Shown here: piece after piece, positions 14,231 to 25,200 of the stretch
Layout: every line of letters starts with the position of its first letter
Position numbering within the stretch: the stretch's first letter is position 1
Source: Lysobacterales bacterium
GTDB taxonomy: Bacteria; Pseudomonadota; Gammaproteobacteria; Xanthomonadales; SZUA-5
Assembly (NCBI GenBank): GCA_022844165.1
Contig: JALHMH010000002.1
Coordinates: forward strand, 1-64,000
Direction: 5' to 3'
DNA length: 64,000 bases
The notes under the pieces: generated by a model
The model's database searches: none
What the model was told of the DNA's origin: nothing
What the model saw: the letters and a program-made list of their open reading frames with translations, nothing else
Program-made: the position numbers and the translations under genes

Positions 14231-14832
14231 CGCTTCTTGCCGATATCGAACGGAATAATTACGCCGCTTTCGCGCGATTTCCAGCGCGCGCCCTTTTCTT
14301 CTTCTCTTGGCTCTGATCTATCCGCAAACAAATCTTGTACCTCACTCAGCTCGTAGCCAACATCATGCAGCTCGATGTTCCAATATGGCGGGTTTTTATA
14401 CCCGTTCGGGCAAACCAAGTTGGTCGACGCAATCTCAGTCCCGAGCGGATTGAGCACGTACCCAGCCTCAAGGTTGTGTGTAGTAGGGATTCCCTCAAGT
14501 GCAATCTGGCCCATGAACTGGCGCACTTGAGTAGTGTCTTGGTTACGACTAATCAGCTCTTCGTCAAGCTTTTTGAACCGGATCGCGTAGTTCCCAACCG
14601 CGAAAATGACAAGGTGCGCCTTGATATGCACATTCGCCGTTGGAAGGCGCTTGAGCGCGGCCGAGACTATGAGCCGCTGGATGATCGTGGCTCGCGCCGA
14701 ATCGTTCATGTCAACGCGGAATTCTGGCGACAAAGCGCCCCAACGGTCCCATGCCTCAACCATTGCCGGGCGCAGCTCGGAGAGTTCTGAAAGCTCGTCA
14801 AGGACAGTGTTGCGATCTGGGAGGCTGGGCAT
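14227..14832 (-). CDS. Hypothetical protein coupled to the XRE-ImmA gene
   Basis: 201-aa ORF from MPSLPDRN, 4-nt overlap with the downstream gene. Confidence 0.75.
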   Translation of the reverse strand: MPSLPDRNTVLDELSELSELRPAMVEAWDRWGALSPEFRVDMNDSARATIIQRLIVSAALKRLPTANVHIKAHLVIFAVGNYAIRFKKLDEELISRNQDTTQVRQFMGQIALEGIPTTHNLEAGYVLNPLGTEIASTNLVCPNGYKNPPYWNIELHDVGYELSEVQDLFADRSEPREEEKGARWKSRESGVIIPFDIGKKR

Positions 14833-14953
14833 CTGCTCACTTCCACGTTGACTGTTTCCAGCATAGCGAGCCAGACTGAATCCGTCTACAAATATTCCAC
14901 AAAATATTCCATCATTGTTGATATTCGTTGAGCGCTCAAGCATAATGTTCATT

Positions 14954-15775
14954 ATGAACAAACTTCCCACGAAGCAACGCGCACTCATCCTCACCCTCCT
15001 GGTCGAGGGCAACTCGCTGCGCTCCGTCTCGCGCACTGCCGATGTGTCGATCAACACCGTGGCAAAGTTGCTTGTGGATGCTGGCGCGGCCTGCTCGGAG
15101 TTCCAGGATGGCGCGCTGCGCAACCTGCCGTGCAAGCGAATCGAGTGCGATGAGATTTGGTCATTCGTTGAAGGCAAGAACAGGAACGTCCCGGCTGAGC
15201 ACAAGGGCGAGTTCGGCTTCGGCGACGTGTGGACGTGGACGGCTTTGTGCGCCGATACCAATCTGATCGCGTCGTGGATGGTTGGCGGTCGCGACGGCGG
15301 CGCGGCCCGCGAGTTCATGATGGATCTGGCTCCGCGTCTGGGGTTCGGCGCTGGCGTGGAATACGTGATGCTGATCAAGAATTACGGTAACGAGCCGGAA
15401 GGCCAGCGCCGCCACAGCCCGCCTGTAGCGATCGAGACGCGCCGCGAAGTGATCATCGGCAACCCTGATATGGATCTCGTCTCTACGAGCTACGTAGAGC
15501 GCCAGAACCTTACGATGCGCATGTCGATGCGCCGCCTTACCCGCATCACGAATGCGTTCTCAAAGCCGGTTGAGAACCACGCGCATGCCGTCGCGCTGCA
15601 CTTCATGCACTACAATTTCGGCCGAATCCACAAGACCATGCGCGTCACCCCGGCAATGGCTGCGGGCGTGTCGGATCACGTTTGGAGCATGGAAGAGATT
15701 GTCGCCCTAATCGACGCGCGCGAACGTCCAGCCAAGAAGCGCGGACCGCACAGCAAGCGTCAGACTTCAAACTAA
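14954..15775 (+). pseudogene. IS1-family-like DDE transposase, probably internally deleted
   Basis: [38 protein letters not shown]; the usual middle TTDG segment seems absent at APRL/GFGAG. Confidence 0.75.
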
Positions 15776-15863
15776 GACACCACCGTCCAGTCCCGCTGAT
15801 TACCCACAGCCGCAATGTGGACGGTCGAGTAAGCTCCAGGTTACTGGACCTACCCGAGCACGG

Positions 15864-16367
15864 TTAGTTGCTGTTCGGCTCTGCTGCCATCTCCCTGACC
15901 CACGTTTGCAGCGCCCTCAGTTGCTCCGCCGTTTGGTGGCAGGTCTGGTAGTTGGTGGCGACAGTCCCGGCGACGGCAGAGAGCGCAATGCCTGCGGCGG
16001 CCGCATCAGTATCTCGGGCGGGCTCGGGCAGTGCACCGGCGGCGGCAGCGTCGTGCAGGCGCACAAAGCCACGGTTGATAGTGCAAGCAGCATCGGCTTG
16101 GACGGGCACATAGACGGGTACCTCCTTGATGATGGTGTCGCCCTTTTCGCGGACTACACGAATGCGGTCGACGTACTCTGTGACGACCTTGACGGTGGCT
16201 TGTGCCTGCTCCTCGCGGACAGCGGTGGCCTGCAGAGCTTGTTGCTGGACGGCGGCATCCCACTGTGCTTGAACGTGGCCCGCGCCCTTGACCCAGCCGA
16301 AGCCGACCAGGGTGAGGCCGAGCGCTGCCAAGGCCAGCAGCCGGTACGGCCACGGAATCACGCTCAA
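15864..16367 (-). CDS. Rz-like inner-membrane spanin
   Basis: N-terminal TM helix, coiled coil, directly after the endolysin; TTG start inferred. Confidence 0.75.
   Translation of the reverse strand: MSVIPWPYRLLALAALGLTLVGFGWVKGAGHVQAQWDAAVQQQALQATAVREEQAQATVKVVTEYVDRIRVVREKGDTIIKEVPVYVPVQADAACTINRGFVRLHDAAAAGALPEPARDTDAAAAGIALSAVAGTVATNYQTCHQTAEQLRALQTWVREMAAEPNSN
15917..16093 (-). CDS. Rz1-like outer-membrane lipoprotein spanin nested in Rz
   Basis: MLLALSTVALCAC lipobox then Pro-rich segment, in another frame inside Rz; exact start uncertain. Confidence 0.7.
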   Translation of the reverse strand: MLLALSTVALCACTTLPPPVHCPSPPEILMRPPQALRSLPSPGLSPPTTRPATKRRSN

Positions 16368-16873
16368 GATGCCTCCCCGATGCACTGCCGATATTCGGCC
16401 TCACGCCGTGTGGCCAGTCCGCCGCACAGCCGCGCATTGGCGGGCAGCGCGCAATCCTTGCCTTGGAAAAATCGCCAGCGCAGCAGCTCGGAACACGCCC
16501 CGGCGTAGTCCTCGGCGTTGAGTTTCTTCACCAACGTGGACCGGCAGAACGCATGGCTGCCAACGTTGTAAGAAAAGCTCACCAGCGCGTCGTACTCGTG
16601 CTGAGCCAGCGGCACGGTCACGCATTGCTTGAGCGCACCCTCGAACTGCTGCACATCGGTGAGCGCCCGAGCCAGCGCCTCCGGCGGCGTGGTGGTGTCG
16701 CCAGGCTTCACCCCTGTGGTGGCGCCGAAGCCAATGGTCGGCACATCGCCTTTGACCGGGATAACCGCGCGGTCGGTATAGCCCTCGTGCAGCAAGATGC
16801 CGACCAGGGCGGCGGCGGACAGGCTAAGACCAGCCACTGTCCTTCGCACCACTGCAGCTGGCGGCGGGATCAT
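16364..16873 (-). CDS. GH24 phage lysozyme, probable SAR endolysin
   Basis: Hydrophobic N-terminus then HEG...GDVPTIGFG, YDALVSFSYNVG, GLATRREAE. Confidence 0.9.
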   Translation of the reverse strand: MIPPPAAVVRRTVAGLSLSAAALVGILLHEGYTDRAVIPVKGDVPTIGFGATTGVKPGDTTTPPEALARALTDVQQFEGALKQCVTVPLAQHEYDALVSFSYNVGSHAFCRSTLVKKLNAEDYAGACSELLRWRFFQGKDCALPANARLCGGLATRREAEYRQCIGEAS

Positions 16874-17091
16874 CGGTACATCCCCGGCTGCGCCACGATG
16901 CGGGCAACCGTCGCGCCGATGCTGGAAGCAAACGCCAACAGCACAAACGCGCCACGCGGCAGCACGTCGCCGAACAGTGGCACCACCACTTCCGCCGCCG
17001 TGAGGGCAGCCGCCAAGAGCGAGAATCGGATGCTCCAGGCACGGCGCAGAACCTGCCGCCAGTCGTCGAGCAGGCAGAGCTTGGGTTTCAT
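16870..17091 (-). CDS. Putative holin
   Basis: 73 aa, two TM segments, overlaps endolysin start. Confidence 0.7.
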   Translation of the reverse strand: MKPKLCLLDDWRQVLRRAWSIRFSLLAAALTAAEVVVPLFGDVLPRGAFVLLAFASSIGATVARIVAQPGMYR

Positions 17092-17387
17092 TGCGCGCCT
17101 CCCAACAGCTTGAGCTTGATGGCGGCACCGACCAGCAGCGCGGCCAGGATGCCGGTGGTGATGACCTTCACCGTGGTTTGCCACGCTGTGCGACGGGCAT
17201 CGCGCCACGCTTCCAGGAGGTCGCGCAGTTCGCGGATGTCCTTCGCCGCGTGTCCGTTTTCCAGCCCAAGATGGGCGAGGCAACGCTCGGCGCCCCGTTG
17301 GGCAGCGATGTTCAGCAGCTCATCAAAGTCCTCGTGCCGCAGCAGCAGTGTGGATTCGATGGGCGGTACATCGGTTTCTTCGGTCAT
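17088..17387 (-). CDS. DUF6127-like membrane protein in the lysis cassette
   Basis: AAQRGAERCLAHLGL...DIRELRDLLEAWRDARRTAW plus C-terminal TM. Confidence 0.7.
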   Translation of the reverse strand: MTEETDVPPIESTLLLRHEDFDELLNIAAQRGAERCLAHLGLENGHAAKDIRELRDLLEAWRDARRTAWQTTVKVITTGILAALLVGAAIKLKLLGGAQ

Positions 17388-17407
17388 GGTCGGTCTCCAG
17401 AAATGAC

Positions 17408-17440
17408 GAAACCCGCCCAGCGGGAGCCGGAGCGGGTTTC
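17408..17440 (-). terminator. Stem-loop between tail and lysis genes
   Basis: GAAACCCGC...GCGGGTTTC inverted repeat. Confidence 0.5.
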
Positions 17441-17465
17441 AGGGGTGAATCGGAAGGGGTGCGGC

Positions 17466-17687
17466 TCAGATGTCGATGACTTCCAGCGGCAGAGACGGCG
17501 CTTCGCCTTCGATGACGCCATCCCGGACGAACACGGTCTGGCCCAGCGTGGCTTCGCCACGTCCGTGGACCAACCCGCCGCCCGGCAAGGCGATCACGGC
17601 GCGACTCGCGCCAACCTCGACCACGATGCCGGCTTGCAGCGGTGGATCAGGCAGCAGCTGTCGGAACTGTCGGTAGAGGTTATGCAC
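17466..17687 (-). CDS. Small tail-tip associated protein
   Basis: GTG start HNLYRQFRQLL overlapping the upstream tail gene. Confidence 0.65.
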   Translation of the reverse strand: MHNLYRQFRQLLPDPPLQAGIVVEVGASRAVIALPGGGLVHGRGEATLGQTVFVRDGVIEGEAPSLPLEVIDI

Positions 17688-19566
17688 GGCATTCCACTCC
17701 GAGGGTTTGCCAGACTTCCGGGAAGCCCGCCTCGATCCGCGTCGAGCGCACCAGACCGAGCCGCGACACGCTGCCGTCCTGGTACTCGACGAAGGTACCG
17801 GGCTCGACGATGCCGGTTTCCGGCAACACGGGCAGACGCAGTCCAACCTCGAACTGTTGGCCGGTGTCGGCCAGGATCGCAGTGCCACGCTGGCGTGCCG
17901 CGGCGGCTTCGGTGATCAACGCGTCGACCACCATCGGCGCGATCACGTTTCCGGCCGTGCCGGTGCGCGTGATCTGGCCGAGCACGCCCGCGCTCTGGCC
18001 GGACACGAACACCCGATTGTAGGAGGGCTTCTCCAGCCAGCGCAGGGACTCGCGCGAGACCGCATCGACCGGCAGGACCAGATCGGGAGTCACCGCATGC
18101 CAGTCCCAGGGCGCCACCGGGTATCGATGGCGCACCCGCAGGATCGCCTCGGACGGATGCGGCATCAGATAGCCACCGGGCGCCTCAGCAATGGCGGCCA
18201 GCGCATCGATCCAGGTGCCTTGGTGGGCGAACACGCCTGCAGGCACATTCCAGTCGGTCAGGCCCCAATCGATGGTCCAGCCCAGTGGTACACCGTTGAT
18301 GGTGAGTACGTCATCCAACAATTGCCGTGCGGTCCGCGGTTGTGGGTTGGCGAACGACATCACCGGCGCGTAGGGCGCGGACAACACCGCGGTGCGCCCG
18401 CGCCCGGACAGACGCAGGCTGGCCTCGCCAAAGCTGCGCTCGCGAGTCAGGTTCTCGGCCAGCACCCGGAAATCGGTGCCGTTGACGTGGGCCACCAGTT
18501 CCACCGGAGGCGCACCATCGGCAGGCGCAATCAAGGCTTCGGCGATGGCGGGCAGCGTGGCCTCGAAGCCCCAGGCCCAGGAGTCGACGTCGAGACTCAG
18601 CGACAGCGAGATCACCGGTACCGACGCGCCATCCGGCCATCGATGCAGCGTCACGTGGTTCAGCACGACATAGACCCTTCGGATCGGAACGACGACCGGG
18701 CCGTCTTGGCCGGGCCCAGGGTGGTTTTCGCAGACGAACAGCAGATGGCCGTGCGTAGCCGCCAGTGCGGCAAACCGCAGGTTCGGATTCGGCGTGTAGC
18801 AGGGAACGAACGGTGGATCGGGGTCGTCCGGGCGTATCGGAGGGCGCCCTGGCGGCGGCCGCATGGCGTTCTGCCAGCGCGCGGTCATCCGGCGACGCAT
18901 GGCTGCGGCGACTTGGATCGCTTCGAAGAAGCGTCGGCCCGGATGAGTCTGAGCCACGTCGAAGCGACAGCTTATGGGCTGACGACGATCTCGAAGGCCG
19001 TCTTGATGGCTGATTCGTCGTTGCAGCGCATCGATGCGCGCCGCGTTCGCATAAATAACCGGGCCTGCAGTGCGTAGATGCAGCGACTCACTGTGGGGAA
19101 CCCGGAGCGCACCCGGCGATTGCTGGACTGCACCGTGAAACCGCGCCGTCGCCGACACCGGTGCGCGCACCAACGTCGCGGCGCGCCACGTCGTCACGTT
19201 GGCATCGAGCGATTGCCCTGTTCGCCACAGCGCGCACGCCTGTGACGGGTGGCTTGCCGTGGAGGCCGTGCGGTGCTCTGCGCCGTCCTCGAACCCGCGC
19301 CCGCGTTGCCAAGCCGACCCGGTACTGCCCACCAGCGGACGCGCGGCCCGCGACGCGTAGCGCGCCTCGGCGATCAACTCCATCGCCGGAAACGTCGCGA
19401 CCAGCGTCGCGGACGCATTCGGAATGGCCAGGGCTTCGAACCGCAGCGCCGCCAGCGTGCCGACCAGTTGAGCATCGAGTGGCGGATGCGATCCGGCCGG
19501 ATCGCCACCCAGCACCAGATGCGCGCTGCCCGGTGGATGGGCGAAGCGCAGATCGACAGGCGCCAT
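17680..19566 (-). CDS. Tail tip/hub-like minor tail protein
   Basis: 628-aa ORF in the tail operon. Confidence 0.7.
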   Translation of the reverse strand: MAPVDLRFAHPPGSAHLVLGGDPAGSHPPLDAQLVGTLAALRFEALAIPNASATLVATFPAMELIAEARYASRAARPLVGSTGSAWQRGRGFEDGAEHRTASTASHPSQACALWRTGQSLDANVTTWRAATLVRAPVSATARFHGAVQQSPGALRVPHSESLHLRTAGPVIYANAARIDALQRRISHQDGLRDRRQPISCRFDVAQTHPGRRFFEAIQVAAAMRRRMTARWQNAMRPPPGRPPIRPDDPDPPFVPCYTPNPNLRFAALAATHGHLLFVCENHPGPGQDGPVVVPIRRVYVVLNHVTLHRWPDGASVPVISLSLSLDVDSWAWGFEATLPAIAEALIAPADGAPPVELVAHVNGTDFRVLAENLTRERSFGEASLRLSGRGRTAVLSAPYAPVMSFANPQPRTARQLLDDVLTINGVPLGWTIDWGLTDWNVPAGVFAHQGTWIDALAAIAEAPGGYLMPHPSEAILRVRHRYPVAPWDWHAVTPDLVLPVDAVSRESLRWLEKPSYNRVFVSGQSAGVLGQITRTGTAGNVIAPMVVDALITEAAAARQRGTAILADTGQQFEVGLRLPVLPETGIVEPGTFVEYQDGSVSRLGLVRSTRIEAGFPEVWQTLGVECRA

Positions 19567-19572
19567 CGGTGA

Positions 19573-19962
19573 TCACCCCAGCAGGCCCGTCAGGATGCGG
19601 GTGTAGCCGCCCGCGTAAAGGGTCGTGGTCGGCAAGCGCAGTTCGGCAGTGCCCTCCAGATCGGACGCACCGCAATCCCAGGCCAACGCGCCCATGCCAT
19701 TGACGATGCGTGCCCAGGTCACCTCGCCCGTGGTCTGGATCAAGGCTTCATTGGTCGGCGTGATTTCGAGAACGCCATCGGCAACCGTACCCATCGGCTC
19801 GGCCAGCACGATGGATGCCAGCAGTGGCCCCTGCGGCGGCGCGCCGAAGCTCGGACGCGGGCCGGCGTAGAGATGGGCGCGCGCCTGTTCGATGCCCAGC
19901 GCCAGGAACGTGAGGACACCCTGCAACCGGTAGTTGTTGAGGTCGTTGGAGATCTGGATCAC
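19573..19962 (-). CDS. Minor tail protein
   Basis: Position and coupling; LYAGPRP...TWARI motif. Confidence 0.65.
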   Translation of the reverse strand: MIQISNDLNNYRLQGVLTFLALGIEQARAHLYAGPRPSFGAPPQGPLLASIVLAEPMGTVADGVLEITPTNEALIQTTGEVTWARIVNGMGALAWDCGASDLEGTAELRLPTTTLYAGGYTRILTGLLG

Positions 19963-20930
19963 GCCGGGGCTTCCGTCATCGGCTCGGCGCGCAAGTTGTC
20001 GGCGATCACCGCGCGGAAGTTGTGCTTGTGGTCATAAGCGATCACGACATAGCGCGGCACCTCGCTGATCCTGTCGAATCGATAGACACCGGTGACTGCG
20101 TCGCTCCAGGTCTCCCGCACGACGGCGTAGGTGCGCTCATCGAACAGCAGGACCCGGCGCGAGACCGGACGGTCGTCCGGAACACCCTTCTCCTTCACTG
20201 TGCCGGTGATCTGGTGATCACCGGCGTAGTAGTGGCTGCGCGTGCCGATCAGGCGGTGGAACGCGCGATGCGAGAACCGCAGCAAGGCGGCCAGATCCGG
20301 CACGGGCTGCGTGCGTCCCACGTTGGGGGACAGCGCGCGGTAGTGCGCCGGAGGGGCGTCGGGCAACGCACTTGGCATCCCACCGGCGACGCGATGCACG
20401 CGCAGAGTCAGGTCGAAGCCGTAGATGCTCGGCCGGAAGCTCGCGTAGTGCCGCTTGTAGCCTTCCCACAGCACGTTCCCATTTTCGCTGATCCGGTACT
20501 GCCAGACGCCGTCATCGCCGCGCTTCACGTCGATACGCAGCGTTCGGCGTGCGCCGGTGACTGCCCACGGCGCGGGCGCATGCGCAATCAGTTCGGACTG
20601 ATTGCCGTGGGCATCCCAAAAGCTGTGATGCCACTGCTGCGCCCAAACGGTTAGGCGGTGGCCCTCATAGGTGCCCGACCCGGTCCATAGCCAGAACCCA
20701 AAGCATGTCGAGCTGTAGGTCACCGCCATGACTTCGGCATCGATCTCGAACCAGAAGTTCTCCGCGACCTCGGCCGCATCGATGCGCCAGAAGTTCTGTG
20801 CGTGCGTGAACACCAAGTCGACCGCTTGCGCGCCTTCGTTCCAGGTGGCCGTGATGCCGCCCGCCCCGCCATTGCTGGCAAAGCCCGCAGGAATGCCAAC
20901 ATCGAAGCTCTCATCCAAGGGATAAGCCAC
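19959..20930 (-). CDS. Tail-associated protein with beta-sandwich-like N-terminus
   Basis: C-terminal ITGTVKEKG...RRVLLFDE...YRF domain seen in siphophage tail genes. Confidence 0.6.
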   Translation of the reverse strand: MAYPLDESFDVGIPAGFASNGGAGGITATWNEGAQAVDLVFTHAQNFWRIDAAEVAENFWFEIDAEVMAVTYSSTCFGFWLWTGSGTYEGHRLTVWAQQWHHSFWDAHGNQSELIAHAPAPWAVTGARRTLRIDVKRGDDGVWQYRISENGNVLWEGYKRHYASFRPSIYGFDLTLRVHRVAGGMPSALPDAPPAHYRALSPNVGRTQPVPDLAALLRFSHRAFHRLIGTRSHYYAGDHQITGTVKEKGVPDDRPVSRRVLLFDERTYAVVRETWSDAVTGVYRFDRISEVPRYVVIAYDHKHNFRAVIADNLRAEPMTEAPA

Positions 20931-20933
20931 GGA

Positions 20934-22199
20934 TCAGGGCCTCCATGGCCCCGTGATGTCGAACGCGAACCCGCTGGTGTTGCCCTCGTGGGCGTAATTC
21001 AGCGTCACGATGAGGAACTTGCGCCCGGGGTAACCCAGGACCTGTTCGATCAGCGTCATATGCGGGTAAGGCTGGTTCTGGTGGATCCAATACATGCCGG
21101 GCAGAAACCCGCGCAGGTGTCCGCTGCCTTCGCGCAAATAGATTGGATGCAGGATCAGGCCGTAGTCGGGACCGTTCGGGAACGGGATGCTGCCGGAGCG
21201 ACCGGAGATGTTCTGGTTGTTGCCATCGTTCAACGAGAACAGACCCAGCCGAACGTTGCCGCCGACCTGGGTGTAGTCGCGCATGCAGATTTTGCCGGTG
21301 GTGTTCAGCGAGTAGGCTGAATAGCACTCCTCACTCGGATAGCTGACCGGCCATGCACCAACGGTCTGGTAGCGATCCGAGGCAGTCAGGAAGGACGGGT
21401 AGTTATCGCCCGACTTGTAGCTGTCGAAGTCGGTGAATGTGTAGAGCACCCGCAGATCACCACCCCAGCCGGAAGCGCAGGCGAGGAAGAAGCCGCGGTC
21501 GTCACCCACCAGCACCCAACTGCGCGCACCCGCGCTGGCTTCGCCATAGTTTTCGGCGGTGTTGTTGCGGGCGAAGTACCACTTGAACCAACCCGAGTAC
21601 ATCGACGCACCGCTGCCGGAGGGCAGTTCGTTGGCATTCGGGGCCGCCGGATCGAACGGTGCACGCGCACCGACGAAGGTATCGACGTCGACCATGTCCT
21701 CGGCCAACGTCACTCGTCCGAACTTCGCCCAGGTGGTGGTGTATCCCGCGGGCAAGCTGTCGTCGACACGCAGAAACGGTCGAGTCGAGAGCGGGTTTGG
21801 GCTGCGATAGGCGCGCTTGTTCTCGCCGGTGAAGGCGATCTCCAACCCCAGCGGCGCGATCTTGGCGGTGATGCCAAGTACCGTGGTCGCGGGCGATGCG
21901 GGCTCGCCCGAAACGCTGAAACTGATGCTGTTTGCCGTGACGGCAGAGATTGTGAACTCGCCGTTGTACTCCGGCTCCTCGCAGCCCTCGATGCACACCA
22001 CGTGGTCGACCCGAAAGCCGTGGCCTGAACTCATCGTCGCGGTGGCAGTGGTGTCGTCGCGGGTCAACTCGAGCACGGGTTTTAGATTGAAGCCGTTGAC
22101 GAGTATTGCGTCGAGCATCGCCGTCAGGCTGCCCCAGTTGTTGGTCAGCACCGGCGCGCCCACCATGCTGCTGTGCATCCATTTGACCTTGTTGCTCAT
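20934..22199 (-). CDS. Putative tail fibre/receptor-binding protein
   Basis: GAPVLTNNWGSLTAMLDAILVNGF N-terminus; position in the tail module. Confidence 0.65.
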   Translation of the reverse strand: MSNKVKWMHSSMVGAPVLTNNWGSLTAMLDAILVNGFNLKPVLELTRDDTTATATMSSGHGFRVDHVVCIEGCEEPEYNGEFTISAVTANSISFSVSGEPASPATTVLGITAKIAPLGLEIAFTGENKRAYRSPNPLSTRPFLRVDDSLPAGYTTTWAKFGRVTLAEDMVDVDTFVGARAPFDPAAPNANELPSGSGASMYSGWFKWYFARNNTAENYGEASAGARSWVLVGDDRGFFLACASGWGGDLRVLYTFTDFDSYKSGDNYPSFLTASDRYQTVGAWPVSYPSEECYSAYSLNTTGKICMRDYTQVGGNVRLGLFSLNDGNNQNISGRSGSIPFPNGPDYGLILHPIYLREGSGHLRGFLPGMYWIHQNQPYPHMTLIEQVLGYPGRKFLIVTLNYAHEGNTSGFAFDITGPWRP

Positions 22200-22228
22200 G
22201 ACTCGGACTCCTGAAATTCAATGACGCG

Positions 22229-25200
22229 TCACGGCCGATCCACGTCGCCACGCACCAGCAAGGTGAAGGCATCGCGGGTGACGGTTTCGGGGCCCTGCTG
22301 GATGGTGCGAACCACCCACACCGGGAACAGCGCGCCGATGGTGTTGAAGCGCAGCACATTGCCGGCCGCCCAGCCCGAGCCCCAGCCCAGGGCGCGCAGC
22401 GTGAAGTAGGGTTTCGCCGTCGCCGGGTTGATCGGCGCCAGATCGTTGGCCGTGGTGCCGGTGGCGATGACGCCCACGTGTTCGCCGATGACCTGGAACG
22501 CCGTGGTGTTAGTGAACTGGACGGCCCAGCGTTCGGTAATGGCACCGGCGTTCGTTACCGTGATCGGCGCCAGCACATCGTTGAACGTCGCGGTGGCGGC
22601 GTTACCGGTCAGGGCGTCGGTGAACGCCCCATTCCAGGTTGCCTGGTCGAACAGCGTCGACACGTACGCGCGCAGATCGCCCGACACCAGTGCGGAGGAA
22701 ATACGCGAACCGGTCGGATAGTCGTGCGTGATCTGCCGGGTGAACGCCAGGCGCCCGGAAATCTGCACGTCGGACACTTGCGCCATGTCTTCGATGCGAT
22801 GCTCGACCGTGACCGGCTGGGCGAGGCCCGTGACGCTCGTGAACGTCACCAGCCCCGCTTCCAGGTCGACGGTGTATCCGGCGGTGATCACGACGCCGTT
22901 GGCATCGAGCACGCGCACGCGCGACAGTCGCACCCGGTCGCAGTCGATGACCTGGCCGGCGCTCGCGGTAAACGGGCCGACCGTCTCGGTATGGCCGATC
23001 ACGGCGAAATCGCCCATCCGAAAGATCGGCACGCGCCCGTCCTGCGGCAAGCGGACGGGATCGAGTCCGATCAGGTCGGCATCGAGCGGCAAGTAGGAAT
23101 ACGCGACCGCGTTGTACTTGATGGTGTCGGCGAAGACCGGCGCCGGTTTGAACACCTTGGGCACGCCGTCGAGCACGACGACGCCACCGGGATCGAACCA
23201 GATCTCGTCCTCATTGCCGGCCGCGAGCACCCACGAGCCGAAGCGCGCGCGTACGACGCCGGTTTCGTAGTCGATGGCGCCGCTGATTCCCGCGCCAGCG
23301 ATGATGCCGTGGTTGTCGGCGCTGACATTGATGGTGCCGCCGGTCAGCCGCGTGGCCAGCAGTTGCAGGCTCGACGGCCGCACCGGTGAGGCCGGAATGC
23401 GGAAGGTGACCTCGTCGACCGGCGTGCCGTCGAGACTGGTCAGCAGTGAGCGCAGCTGGATCGCCGTGGGCTGTCCGGGCATCCAGGCGGTGAGCGTCAC
23501 GGCGCCCGTGGCGTAGTTGATCGCACCCGCCAGCGTCGCGGCGCCATTGACCGGGTTCAGGTCGTAATAGAGGCTGCCCAGACGGTCGAAGTAAGTCTTG
23601 CCGCCGAGCGTGAATCCGACACTGCCGGGTACGATGGGTTCGGCGAAGCTCGGCGTCAGATCGAGCGCCAGGCCAGTGGCGGTGAACGGTTGGGTGACGC
23701 TGTTCGAGGTACCCGCCGCGCGGTAGCGCACCTTGGCCCAGGCCGAGTCGTCGATCGGCATTGCAGCGCCCGCGGTGATGTACTCCCAGTGCGAGAACAC
23801 GTTGCGATAGACCGGGACGAGGGTGCCGTCGGCGATGCGCGTGAGTCCGATTTGGGTCACCAAATAGCGCGCCACTGGAATGCGCACCGTGGTGTCGGGC
23901 AGAAAGCGCAGCACGCCAGTGGCGTAGTTCACGGTGCCGTAGACAACCCCCTGCGTGTCCTTGAGGTTGCCGTTGCGGTCGTCCCTGACGATCTTGATCG
24001 GATCGACCGGACGAACGAGTTGCAGTTCAGCCGGCGTGGTCGAGATGTAGTCGAAGGTTTCGATCAGCAGGTTCCACTCCAGTTCGACCGTGCCCGGAAT
24101 CAGCCCGTCGAACTCCACCTCGACGTCGACGCGACCAGTGCCATCGCGCATCGGCGCGTGGAACTCCTCCTCGGTCGGCGGGCCCCAGGTGTAAGCGACG
24201 CTGTAAGTCTGACCACCGGCCGGCAGCGCGGCCGGCGTCAGTTGGATCAGGCCGGACTGATAATGGATGGTGCCGGTCGCCGCGCCGGTGATGCGTCCTG
24301 CGCCATCGTCGGTGGCGGTGCGCGCTGCGCCGTCGTTCCAGGTGACGGTCACGGACTGTGGCGTGATGCCGGCCTGCGCCAGTTGCAGCGTGACCGCGGG
24401 CGGCGCAATGGTCTGGTCGGATCGGTTGAAGTAGTTCGCCTTGCCACCCCAGGCGTAGACGATTTCGCTGCCGACGTCGGGCAGCGCGCCGACAGTCACG
24501 GCGACCGTGCCGGAGCCGTAGTTCACGGTGCCGACGCCATATTCCGGGCTGCTGCCCTTGAGCACGCCCGCGCTGTTGTCGCGCAGGTCGTACCACTTGC
24601 CCTGTGCGCGATAGCTCACCTGCAAGGTGCCGGGCGCGGGGCTGGGCAGGATCGTCAGCACGTAGTTGTAGGCGCGATTCTCGATGTCGACGCGCACGCC
24701 CGCGGTGTCGGCCACGCGGATCGGCGCGGCCGTGGGGCGGAAGGTGATGGTCTTGTTGCCGGCGTAGTTCGGCGCGCTGGTGGCCATCGCCACCTGGCCG
24801 CGCGCGTAGTTCACCGTGCCGATGACCGTGGCGCCAGCCATCAACTGGCCGCCGTTGTCGGTCAACGTCGCGCCGCTGACGCTGATCGACAGGGTTCCCG
24901 GCTGGATCGCATTGCCCACCGACAGGATCGTGGCGGCGCTGAACGCGACCGAGGTCGTGTAGCTCACCGTGCCATTCGCGGACTCGACCAGGGCTTCGGA
25001 CGTGCCGCCCGCGGTCAGATCGAGCAGCGGCGTTTCGGTCTGGGCCGAGGGCACCAGCTGGGTGAAGATGCTGGTGACGCTGGCCGCCACATCGCCGATG
25101 GCGATCGGCTGGGTGGTCTTGACCACGCCGCAGTACTTGGCTGCGTCGGCGACCACGGTGTCGCGCGTCTTGGTCTTGCCCGCGGCCATCGTGAACAGGC

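Larger units (their letters stand above)
12849..15784 (+). mobile_element. IS1-family-like element carrying passenger genes
   Basis: Imperfect terminal inverted repeats at 12849-12869 and 15764-15784 (15/21 identity, both starting GG) around three genes and a transposase. Confidence 0.65.

Noticed and set aside
14833-15378. N-terminal extension of the 383-aa ORF
   Set aside because: Antisense to the transposase; the ATG at 14832 is the more plausible start
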